Shown here: one piece after another, positions 1-12,500 of the stretch
Layout: each line of letters begins with the position of its first letter
How positions within the stretch are numbered: the stretch's first letter is position 1
Program-made: the position numbers and the translations under genes
Notes under the pieces: model-generated
The model's input: only the letters and a program-made list of their open reading frames with translations
The model's database searches: none
What the model was told of the DNA's origin: nothing
NCBI GenBank assembly: GCA_964187785.1
Contig: OZ076409.1
Location: forward strand, 55,368,001 to 55,432,000
Source of the DNA: Amphiscolops sp. MND2022
Taxonomy: Eukaryota
Direction: 5' to 3'
Length of the DNA: 64,000 nt

Positions 1-387
1 TCAATGTGCTTGAAGTATGTGGATGAAATGCAATTCATGTTTCAATGAAAAGAGAATACTATCGCAAAAACCTAATCCACAGAAATTGACTGATGCAATA
101 TTTATGGTTGCAATGAAAGCACTCCATTATATTTGCTTCACAAAATGGTTTTTAATTTTATCCCTTTCTTAATGAAAATATCAGAGCAAGAAACATTTTG
201 GAAATAATTTGTTCTTCCAATCCAAACCTATAATGTTTTGATGTTCAATATTTTTTTGTGTACTGGGTTTGAGCACAGATTAGAACAGAGACGACTGACT
301 CAATTTCTTGGCATAATGGAGGTTTTCAACTTTCCATCAATTCCGAATTAAAGCCACATGGTTTCAAATATTTATTTTTTTCAACTT

Positions 388-545
388 CTATGGCCTGCGG
401 GGCCATTCCTGCAAGGCTTCGGGTAGAGTACTAACGGGTATATCATCAGCTGCAATTCCATCATAGTCACCGCAAAGACCACACACTTGCTGCACAAACT
501 GATCAACGAAAGATTTTTTCACTTGAATTGTCGCTCTGTTCTTGC
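388..545 (-). CDS. Exon 39: VWD end and probable stop
   Basis: KNRATIQV...VCGLCGDYDGIAADD...ALQEWPRRP*; AATAAA on the minus strand near 371-376. Confidence 0.82.
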
Positions 546-3500
546 CTGGAGTTTGAAAGCATAGCATTATAATTTTTCGTTTATATTCCATATAAGAAAC
601 CTAAGCCACGTTCTATTTTGAATTTCTGTTTGTCACTTTTTGTTGTCGCTTTTTGTCACTTTTTCTCAAGAAATATTTGAATATCTATCGAAAGGGAGAG
701 GCAACAAAACAATTAGGTTCATATCAAATTTCATCAAATATTTCTGTCGGCATGAAATATGTTCTTGATAAAACATTCTGGGCGGGAAGTATCAGGTTTA
801 TCAAATTGAACGGATGTCATTCTTTGCAGGATTTTATATGAAACTTACCATTCGTCCGGACTTTGCAAAGCCTTACAGCGAGTGCATTTTTGTCAACTTT
901 AATCCAAGGGACAAATGATTAACCAAGGCTACGGCGCGTTTCAATGGTTTAAATAGCAAAAACGACCAATGGAATTTGGTCATTACGTAACGTAAATCTG
1001 TCATCAAAAACACTTGCAATTCAAGTAAAACAAAAATTGAGTAGTTCTAGAGCTAAAAAATTCCTGACTTTACCTTCATGCTATTCAAACCATCATACAT
1101 ATGTCATTTAGACGTTAGTTCTCATTAAACAGCAAATTATAAAGTTATAAACACATGCAAGCATTGTAAAAAACAAAACTAACCGTCCCATCTGACAACG
1201 ACTTGACGATCGAACATTCTGACACTCAGGAAGCTCACTTCCATCACAATTTGAAATTCACTCATCTGGAACAAGGAAACAAAACTTTTTCAAAAAAGTT
1301 GACCTGGTTAGTCGACTGGGAGCCATCGCTCTGATTAAGGCGTTGGTATGAAAAAATGAATTCCTTGTGAATTTGTCCGTGAATGGTTTGTTCGGGAGTG
1401 TTGATTGAAAATTAATTCTCAACCTTTGATGACAGGGCAGAATTGTTTGGTATCTATCAAAAAAACTTCCTGAAACTGTTCAGTCCTTGCTTGATTTCAT
1501 ATCTCGAAAAGAAGTGAACTCTGCCAGATCAGTGATTCCGATGTCAGTTGAGATTAGAATGTTACACAGAAAGCCCAGTGGCACTGCAATTTCTCTTGCT
1601 AAAACTCGAGATACTGGAACAAGTCATGAATCTTTGCGGACACATTTGCCAGTTCGTGAATACAAATTAGTGTGTCTAATTAAGATATAATTCAGTTGAT
1701 GTAAGGGGAGGACTTACAATAGCAGGCACAGATCTTCTTTGGCCATTGACAATCACGATGTCAGAATCATCATCAGTGTCTGCTCTCAGAACAATTTCCT
1801 GAAAATAAAAAATATTACTGAATTTTTGCACTTCACGTTTTTGTGTTAGTGAAACAACAAAGTCGAAAAACTGGGCTGAAACTGAAAACTTTCATTACAA
1901 CCGTATACTGATTTGTAATACACTTTTGTGTTGGAATGTCTTGAGTTGGAATGCTTTTCACACATTCTCTTGATGATGGAGTTACATTTTTGCAGTGAAA
2001 TTGACTCAAGTTAGTTGGAATGATCATATGGAGTTTATAAGCAAGATGATGAACATGATGAAGATGACTCACATTGTTCTCCAAGACTATTCTGACTTCC
2101 TTGAGAGAGCTAGTGTAAGAGTAGCCACTTCTATCTGGCGTGTGAGCAGCCACGTCTTCCTCGTTTTTACCATAAATGGTCAGAACGCTGTTATTGCCAG
2201 CACCACAATCTCCAAAAAGAATGTGTTCACAAGTGCTCATGTAATGATGCAGCTGTCCGTCACAGGTCAAATAATGAGGGTCTCCCCAGATGTCACATTC
2301 GCACAGAGCTGTGGAAAATCAGTAAAGGTCAAATTTGTATCAAAGGTTTACCCTACGGCGAACTTATGGGGCTTCCATACATGGAACCATACATATGCTT
2401 TATAAAAATGGCAACATGATTTCTATTCAATCATGATATAACAGAATAGAATGAGGTTATGCATTTAGCGTATGGAACCATATGCTTGTATGTACAGAAC
2501 CGCATGGATCTCCATGTTGCGTTAAAACTAAGTCGCAAAAAGATTAATTGAAGAAAGTGCTATAAAACTTGAATGTCAACTAACGTTTGCATTCTTTTCC
2601 ATCGCCTGACCATCCAGGGTAGTTGCACACACATAGGTAGGTTCCCTCTCTGTTGTAACAAGTGGCTTCCTCGTGACATGGGTAAACATCATTCTCACAC
2701 TCGTCGATATCTGAAACATTGAATCAATGACTGTGACATCCACCAGCCTGATGACCAAACAACACCAAAATGCAAAATTTCGTTCGGAGTATCGCACAAA
2801 AAAAGGCCGAATCGGAGGTACTTGAGCATCGTCCCAGCTTTAGTATGTGTTCGTATTGGTGGATCTTATTACAGTAGAATAAACTGAAATAAAAATTGGT
2901 AACGTCAAATGAAAGATGACTGAGCTTTCACTGAACTCAAATAGGTTGCAGGTTAACTCAATACTTTGCATATGTCATCTTTCATTTGAAGGTTTGGTAA
3001 ATCTTTTAAAGCATGTGGGAGCATATTAGACATAAATTAGACTTCAGTCATTGATTTTTATTTGAAAAATTTAGAAAAAAACTTTATGAAAGCTTTTTTC
3101 GAGCTCATCTAAAAAGATACTAGTTTTTGCATCAAATCTGGGGTTTCTTGAACCTAGATGTCCCTGACTTGAGAATTCCGAAACACGACGTTTGAAACCG
3201 ACAATGAATTGAAACGTTTCACACTTCTCGCAGCATTATGATTTTTTGGGAGAGTAAATGTCCAGGTATTACTCCAGGTATTAGGTTACCTTTGCAGCCG
3301 TATCGTCCTTTTCCATCCCCTGCATACCCTTGATCACAAGTACAGTTGTATCCAGGGTCAAAGTTCTCGCAGGTGGCCTTGTCAGAACAGACAGGAGGGT
3401 CAACCTCTTCGCATTCATCCAAGTCTCTACACGCGTGACCTGGCCCGGTCACGTATTCTCCTTCGCATTTGCACTCGAATGAGTGACCGTTGTTTTTGCA

Positions 3501-6500
3501 TTGTGCTTTGGTTTCTTCATAGCAATCATCATATCCTTCTTCACATTCGTCTAGTTCTGTAACAAATGAGGTGGTTTCGAAATGCAACTTCGTGCAACTC
3601 CAAAAGCTTTTCGAAAAGATCAGTTTTTGTTTTTTGAAGAATCGTTACAATTGTTTCTCGATATTTTCATTTTGTAGGCTGCATAATTTATTCTTGACTC
3701 TTTTATTTTTTCATTTGAAAAAAAACTCTAGCCTTTGAGAAGCAATTTTGCTGGAGAGAATAGGATTCAGCTGTGTCTGAGTTAGGTCAAAGTTTGAGTT
3801 GTATCCCGCTCAAAGTTACTCTTTTCACTGTTTTCAAAAGTTGCAGGGAGTTTTTTCCAATATGGTGTAAAAAAATATCGAAGATTTTCCATCATGCAAG
3901 GAAGTGTCAAAAGAAATTTCCCTGCGCGCAGTCCGAATTGTCTAGTTTTATCAGAAATTACCCTGCAGCATGTAGAAAGTTCCGGCAGTCTCGACTAGGG
4001 TTCACTCATACAAATCAGTTTTTAAGAATGTATCTTTTTGCTGCGTTTTCGAAAATATGAAAAGCGTATTAATTAAAGAGTTACTTGGTCGGGTGTTATC
4101 TTTTTCGCAGATGAGAGGCCCCACTTTGATAGTGGCGTTGCAACTGGCCAAGTTCTTGGGAGGCGTAATTTTGACAGAAGTCATGAAATCAGATCCAAGG
4201 TTTTTGTAATCAATGTAGCCACTGTCACATCTCCAAGTGCCGTCGTCGCGGTTTTCGTCATCCTCGAAGATATCAGTGTTGCATTTCCTGAAAATGAAGA
4301 GTTGACTTTATTCGATTCATAAACTAATAGTTTTGACCTTTAGTATTTTTTGGAAGCAAAAAATTAGTTCAATGCAATACTGCCAATATTTTCGAAATGC
4401 AAGTTTGTGAAATTTACGCATCTTTGTCAAATAGTATACCAATCTTTCAAGAAAATGTTGAAGTTATGGACAGAAAGTACATCTCTTACGAACTCTTACA
4501 AAAATATTAGTAACAATTTACAAAAGTCTCATATATTTTTAATAATATAAAATTATAAGTTTGATCAAAGCATTAGAATTGCTCAGGATGTTTCCCGAGG
4601 CAGCAATGACTGAAAATCGCTAAAGTTATCATCTTAATTCCCTGATACCGACGAAGTATTTCTGTACCAGCAGGAACAAGGATCATTTGAACTCGAATCA
4701 GACCGTGTAGTAGATTCAGTGATGATAGTATTGTATTTGGGGTGTACAAATGGAGTTTTTCTTTCCCAGAGTAATTAACATTTTGCGTTTTTTTTTTCAA
4801 AGAAGACACCTGCTGATCAACAGGATATTTTCCGTCCAAACTGTTCTTGGAACGACATATTTTTGAGGCTCAAGAGTAGCTATTGTACTGTGAAAACCCA
4901 TAGAAATTTGATGAAAAAAAGTTTTAACACTTTTTGATTAATGTCATCTCTTTTCAGAAGGAAACACTTCACGAACACACTAAACACCTATTTGTTATTT
5001 TGCCGGCCCGTGTATATACCAAAACCTAACCGACCAATTTTATAATTCTGCACAAAAAGTCAACAAAAACGCCAAAAATGGAAAATTTAAAATTTGGATG
5101 TTTCAACAAATTTAGCGGTCATTTGAGCCACTTTCCCAAAGAACTTCTAGTGTTTTTTCAAAAACGCTTACTGGGTACAGTTGAGTTTGAATTACTCAAT
5201 TGCTTGAAACCGTTACAAAAAAGTGTATAAAAACTTCAAAACCAGACAAATGTTTGAATTTTTGATTATTTTTAGTAATTCTGACGAATTTTTCACATAC
5301 AAATTTGTAATTTTCTCTTTAAAGTATTCTGCATGCCCAATTGTTGTTTTCGAAAAACTCTCATTTACGAAATTTGGTACTTTTTATCAAAACCTCACTA
5401 AATTTTCAAAAAACAGCCTAAATTTGATTAATTGTTTAGACTATGTAGGGGTCATTCTGATGCTTTTTCTAACGTGGAACTGCAATTGACCTTCAAAACG
5501 CCTACTGGAGAACACATTTGTTTTCGACCTTTGAGGCATTTTTCTAAAAATAATTCGCATTTTCTTTCAAAAAGCCTACTCTAACTCTCTAGGTACCTAA
5601 TTTTTTCAATTTTGGTTTTTTGGTTGTTTTGAATTTCTAACCCACAAAATGTCTTGAAAATTGTACTCAAATGAAAAGCTAAAAAACGTAATTTATTTTG
5701 TGTACATGATTTAACTTGTGTAGTTGTTGTCAAATTCGGTCTCTTTTTGAGTCATTTTATCATTCAAAAATTGCCCTTTTTTCTTCAAACAAGCCTCTCG
5801 GACATCAAATGCTTTCCGTTTCGAACGTTTTCATTATCTAAGCCACCGAATCTAACGAAAATTTGACAAAAATTGAATAAAAACATTAAAAGCCTAATTT
5901 TTGCTGTTTTTGTCGTTTTTGGGGTCATTTTTGGATCAATCTGGGGTCTTTGGGTCAAGCAATAAAGTCTGAAAATCCCACAAAAACATATCGCATGACA
6001 CTATTTTGACGTCAATTGAATTCTTTGGGTGAAACCTTTTTACTTGGATGTAAATTTGGAAATTGGCAATTTTTGTGAAAAAACACGTTTGATTCAAATG
6101 TTTTCGTTTTCCAATGAAATATGGACGGAAAATAATAAAATTCATGGACCATTTAAGAATCATGCACGGACCATGCCATTCCATGCATAGAGGAGCATGA
6201 AGATGTATATGGACCATCCACGGAATAAGCAATGACAATGTATGGACTATCACATGGGCTATCAACACGGTGTCAAAATTCATTTCAGAGAGTCCGTTAT
6301 TTATTCAAAATTACATATAAGCAGAATTTAGCAGACTCCAACCATGTAGCTTGACTGGGAGATATTTGGTTGGTAGATTTGAAGGTGTATATTCGACCAC
6401 TGCCAGTCCTGAACGTGTGCTATGTTATAATTTGTAACTAGTCCACTGGGAAACTATATAGAGTGTCAATTGACTGTGAGTAAATATAAGCAGAGCCATT

Positions 6501-9500
6501 CCCGGGAGATATAATTGTGCTACTCGCTTGCAACGCAACTCTATAGTAACTGATTATCTGAAAGAAGTAAGCTGGATAAGTCTGTAGATGAAGTTGGTCT
6601 CCTTACTTGGAAGGGTCTGTGCATTTGGTGTCTCCACTCCCACTGCAAGTGCAACCTTGTTTATGCCTTCCCCAGTTGGTCCTGGCCTTCATAGGGGTTT
6701 CCAGGGAACTGAACCATTCGACACTCTCCGAAAACTACAAAAACCAAAGTTTCTGAAACTTCGATTGGATCTTCTGTCTGCTAAAAATTTTAACGGATTG
6801 TATATATATATATATACCTAATTGCATGACTTTCAATTTTAAGAATCTTATGATACGAAAATAGCACAGGCCAATAACGTCATTTGCAGTCATCTCTATT
6901 TTATAGTTCAAATATATATAGTTCATATATATAGTTCAAAACTGTTCAATTTGAAAACTTCGAACAAGGAAGGGCGAAACAGCTATAGAAAGAAGCATAT
7001 TTTGTTGTGTTCACTAACCCCGATAGCATTGCTGCAAAACTTGACTGGTTGAATGCATCTCATTTTATCGTTGATTTTCTGCAACTCTGCATCAGTGAGG
7101 CCAGCGTAGGCAATGTTGACTACATTTTCGTTACCGTTCGAACAATCAAACACTTCTTCAACATCTTTGTCGTCGTCCGGATCTGATGTAGGGTCCGGCA
7201 TGATTTTTACGACACCCTTTGGGTTCTCTTCTAAATATACAAAACCAAGTATTTTTCATTCGAGTTACCGCATGTATGTGGTAAAACTATATAACTTTGC
7301 ACACACTTTCATGTTTTTCCATGAGTCTTGTAGAAACCTGAGGACTGGGCAGGATCATAATGCAATATTTTGAAAAGTCTATGCAGTAGCAACCATAGCG
7401 CTGTTACTGTGACAACCGAGTACTGAAATCTATTCGGTTAAAAAGAGCAATAAACTACACTACGCTAGCGTTCTAAAATATTGCAACTCTTTGCAGTACT
7501 CAAAAAGAAAAAAATATTAAAAACTAAATAACTCGCATATTGTCACAAATGCAAAAAATTGTCAGCAAGGAAATTTTCTTAGAATTTTATCTCTAGTTTA
7601 CAAACATTTTGTTTGGAATTCCTGCGACAAAAATTACAAAAGTTAGAAATTGTAAATCTGACGAAATTTTATCAAATTTGCACTTTTTCTCGACTTCCAC
7701 AAAGATGAGAGAATATTTTCGAAAATTTTTCAGTGAATCATTTGCCCCCAAATCTCCTGACGATGCCGGTATAATTTGATGAAATATTTTTCTCAATTTC
7801 CCATAAAAATCATCAAATTTCTAAATAAATTTTTTAGAGCTTTTCTTAATACATGTGTTGCAGGGATGCGGGACAAAACAGCCGATTTTAAAACGAGACA
7901 AAACAGCCGATTTTCAAAACGGGACAAAACAGCCGATTTTCAAAACGGAACAAAATGAGTGCTGTTACAGCCGATATGCATGGAACTTGGTTTATTTGAA
8001 GAGGTTCATATTTGTTGTATGGCTCGGTCGCTTCGCTCCCTTCGCCAAGTAGCAACATTGAGGCATGGCCATATGGCACGTCGCTCCGCTTCGCTTCGCT
8101 CCTGCATTTAGGGCACTAGGAGTATGTGAACATAGCTGACTACGTTATAATAATTATTTTATTGACTGCTAATCTTAAGCATTGACAAAATCGGCGATTT
8201 TTATATTTACCAATCGGCGATTTTGTACTGTTTTTAAATCGGCTGTTTTTTTCCTATTTTGAAAATCGGCTGTTTTGTCCCGTTTAAAATCGGCTGTTTT
8301 GTCTCGCTCCCGTGTTGCAGTGTTCATAGTCGCAAAATAGGGTACATTTTTCTCACATTCCAAAGTAATTTTCGATCGCGACCATTCAATGGGTTCAGGA
8401 GAGTGTAAGGAATCTCCGCATATCTTCAATTTCTAAAAAAGTTGAATTTAAGCTTCTCGAATATCGAAAAAACTCAAATTTCATTTGAATTTTACAAAGA
8501 ATTTGTAATTTCCAACTTTCTCAATATGGGTCGTAAAAATTTCAAACAAGCATACAAAAAATAACAATGAGCAAATATCTGTTCAAAATAGTTTGTTGCT
8601 CTTTTTAACCGAATAGATTTCAATACCCAGTTGTCACCGTAACAGCGCTATTGTTGCTACTGTAATAGACTTTTCAAAATGAGGAGTTAACTTTGTATAA
8701 TAACATACTAAGATACAAAATTCGTACATATTATATGTTTGAATCTAGAGATCGTTGGGAATTTACAGTTAACTCCTTATTCTTACTCATTATTACGAAG
8801 GTTACAAAACAACCCTGCAACTAAAGAAAAACCGAAACCAAGATGACGGACAACATACAAAATCTGTCACACGCAAACACAGAAGCAAAAAAAACGAAAA
8901 AAAAAGAAGGGTATACATCCATACATGGTTAGAAAGGCTCCGGCAATATGCATAGTTTCAAAATCAATACAAAAACAGCAGAAGTATCACCTATTTTAAT
9001 ATGACCAATTTGTGGTATTTTTCGAAATGGTAGATGGAAATACTATTAAATTGAAATACTTGAGCACTCGTTAAAGTTTGTCAAAAAAGCTATTTACCGT
9101 TTTTCTCGCAATAAACATTGTCAATGGTCATTCCACCGACGTTCAAAGAGTATTCTCCTGTAGCTGGAACATCTCGGCAAGATCCCCTCAGGTGGTCCTT
9201 GATTTCCTGAGAATCAATGAAAGAGAGATTATTAAAAATCGAGGTCACAGTTTGGGGGAACTGTTCTTCGAGATCGAAAAGATCTCAGATCACTGTGAAC
9301 GGAATGATGTTATGAAATTATTTACAGATGACAGTTTCACTACAATAGCTGCTCGAAAAATCATAGTTATACAGACGGCTTCCACTGTAAGGATTTTTAT
9401 AGACTAAAATTGATTTTTTGATCAATTTACATGGCTACATCATGTGAAGTGGGCATTTGGTTCAACTGAAAGTTGCAAGATGTGTTCAAGGTATTTGGTA

Positions 9501-12500
9501 TAGAACTCGAATGCAACTCGTCGCAAATAAAAAGTGGAAAAGCGGTCGCAAACTAACTCGTTGGTTATTAATTGATTGCAAACTAGTCGTCGAATAATTA
9601 CAGACTACCTACCAATTGGTAACCAGTAGAAAATCGCTCCTTATATATTATATTGCGAATTGCTAATTATCGATGAATTTTCAGTAATTGATTCGTCAAA
9701 TTTTCAGTTTTACGCATAATATAGCTGTTTTAGTTGTAAAGTTGCTTGAAATGACTTATTTTTATAAGTTTACAGAGTTCCTAATGCAATATGATCACAA
9801 AGTTAGCACTACACTTGTGTGAGATTATTTCCTGTTCCTGTGACAAGTTTTGTGCCACTGGATTTTCGACTAGTTGTTTTTCTACGAGTTTTCCGCTCTG
9901 TATTTTCGACAAGTTGTTTTCGGCAGGTTTTCCTAGATTCAATCCTATTTGAAGTTATTGAAAGTCAAATTTGAGACACAGACGTTCCCAGTCATGAACT
10001 GATCGTTTTCGATTTCCATTGTTGTTACCCGGGTTGACCCTCTTACTATCATCTTGGCTGTCTTGGCAAGATCTTGCCAAATTCTTACTACATCTTGGCA
10101 ACCATGGATCCCATGGCAAGACTCTTACTAAGATCTTACTAAGAAAATACTTATTCCAAGATCGTATCTTATCACGATGGACAAAATTCTAAGATTATAA
10201 AAAACACTATTCCTTCAGTACAAGCAGCTGACACTCAATCTGAGGGCTCATTTCACCTAACAACGACTATTTCTACTCTTTTTTCTTTTTCATAATCAAA
10301 ATGCTCCAACCTCTTGAAAAAATTTTGCATGCAAAATTGCGCGAATAATTACGATAACGTAATCTGGCTTCCGAAATTCTGACAAGAATCCAAATAACTC
10401 CTTAACTGTTAAAGACTGAAAAATGCCGAATGTACCAAATGAAAGGTAATTTCAAGGGCTTTTCAAAACTTGTAATTCATCATTCCTTTCGATTCCAGAG
10501 ACGGAGAGGAATGCTCTCAAACGTCCAGAGCCACTATCGGAAAGTTACCTAGGAAACACCTAAAAATCCCGAACTTTTTGAGAAATTATATCTTCAACTT
10601 TTTTTGAGCCTGTTTCAGCAGCCTTATGACTGCTAGAAACGGCGGTCATAGTCCTAGTTTGGATTATGATTCAGCTGGAGGCTAATATGACGCCGTTGTT
10701 GGCGACAGTTTTGCAATTGACAGAACAATTTAATGAGTGCCTCTCTAAATATCATCAGGACTCTTCAATTAAGTTTTGTACCTTGGGAACAGAAAATTGT
10801 CATGTGTTACAATGTAAATCTGCATCGTTGATTTTTGTTGACTTCCTCTCAGATTTTTTCTGGCAAATAAGATTTTACAATGAAATTTTTCTTGGGAACA
10901 TGGCTCTTTTGATAAGATCTTACCATGGCAAAATGAGTACCATGGCAAAATGAGTACCATGGCAAGATCTTGACAAGATCTTAGCCAAGATTGTTCTAAG
11001 ATCTTGACAAGATCTTACTAAGATATACATGGAGGGTCAACCCGGGTAGTTATATAACTGTTGAAGTCGAGTCTCGAATTGGTCACAAAAATTGAGATTT
11101 TGATCCTGTATAAATCTAATTTACATAATTTGGAATACAATTTTGGATTCTAATAAGTTCAACATCTGAAGAGGTATTTCCTGGATGTATCCTGAAGTTA
11201 ATTTCCCCATTACCGCGAGGTGGACGCCGAATAAGTAGTTCTGCTTTTCTAAGTCGGCGCCCTTTCGGATACTATCTCCCCATAGCAAGCTATCGAACCA
11301 TATTTGCAGCCAAGTGGTCAAGCAATGATGTGCTTGAAGCTGTGGTTTCAAATTGACTTGCTCATCTTGACTTGCTCATATCCATGGATTGCGAAAAATG
11401 GTAATCCAAGGAGGCACTTACTCCATTTGCGCACTTCAACTTGGATGTTTTAAGGGTGTATTGTCCATTTGTGGGAGTTTTTATGTTGGTTAAAGGCAGC
11501 ACATTTTTGTTTGTGATAGTTCCTCTGTCCAGTCCAGCGTCTCCAGTGTCGCAATGACAAATATCTGAAATGAGAGCCTGCTTCGAGAAGATCATATCAA
11601 TCAGTGTACAAACATTTCAATGCCAGTTTTAGTAAAGGATACATACAATGCATACATGCAAAACATTATTCTTGCTTATTTGTTACTTCCCAGTGTCAAA
11701 ACTTTTTGAACTCTTGATAAGAATCTTGGATGTTCTTGGATTTCTTGGTAAGAAGTCGAAGAATTTGCCAGATTTTGCAAAAAATTCAAGAAATCCCAAA
11801 ATTCTTATCAAGAGATTCAAAAAAACTAAGAATAAACAAGAAAATGCAAGAGGCCTCAAGATTCCCGGTTAGAGCTTCAGTCATCATCTGACCCAAAACT
11901 GATCATGAAAGACTCAAACAATGCAGATGAAGTTGGAAAATCATTGAAATCTGCTCTAACAAACAAACGAATATCAAATCAGTGACCTTGGAAATAAAAC
12001 GAAGTTTTCACAGATAGACCACAGAGAAAAACGAAATGACCTGGGGACAAAAGATGTATACCAAAAAGCAGGAACAGGAATTATTACAACAATTGATTGT
12101 CACATCGATTAGGATCAAAAATGAGGCTCACTACGTGCCATTAGAAGCTACTGCAAACGATCGATTCCAATGAATTCGTCATTGACAAAAAAGTATCCTT
12201 TAATGGAATCTGCTGGAAGGTTTCCTATGCTGCCTTCTTCTCTACGATGCTAATTTTCAAAACAAAGCAGGGAACATTGCGGCAGTCTGCATGGGAAAAC
12301 ATTATGACAATTTTTATGAGTGATGAAAGCATAAAAGCTACACTACGTACGATCAGTGGGACAGCTGTTGACAATTCTACAGGCACAACCCTCGTAGTCA
12401 TCGCCCATTCTGTCTGCTCCAGCCCAATAGGAGATTGGAGCCAGACTTGTCTCGTGACTCACCAGTTCTCCCCCTTGCGGTGTCTTGTCCAAAGACAACT

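Noticed and set aside
1995..2405. Plus-strand ORFs overlapping exons (also 19986-20327, 46044-46424, 56843-57235)
   Set aside because: Antisense shadows of real minus-strand exons.
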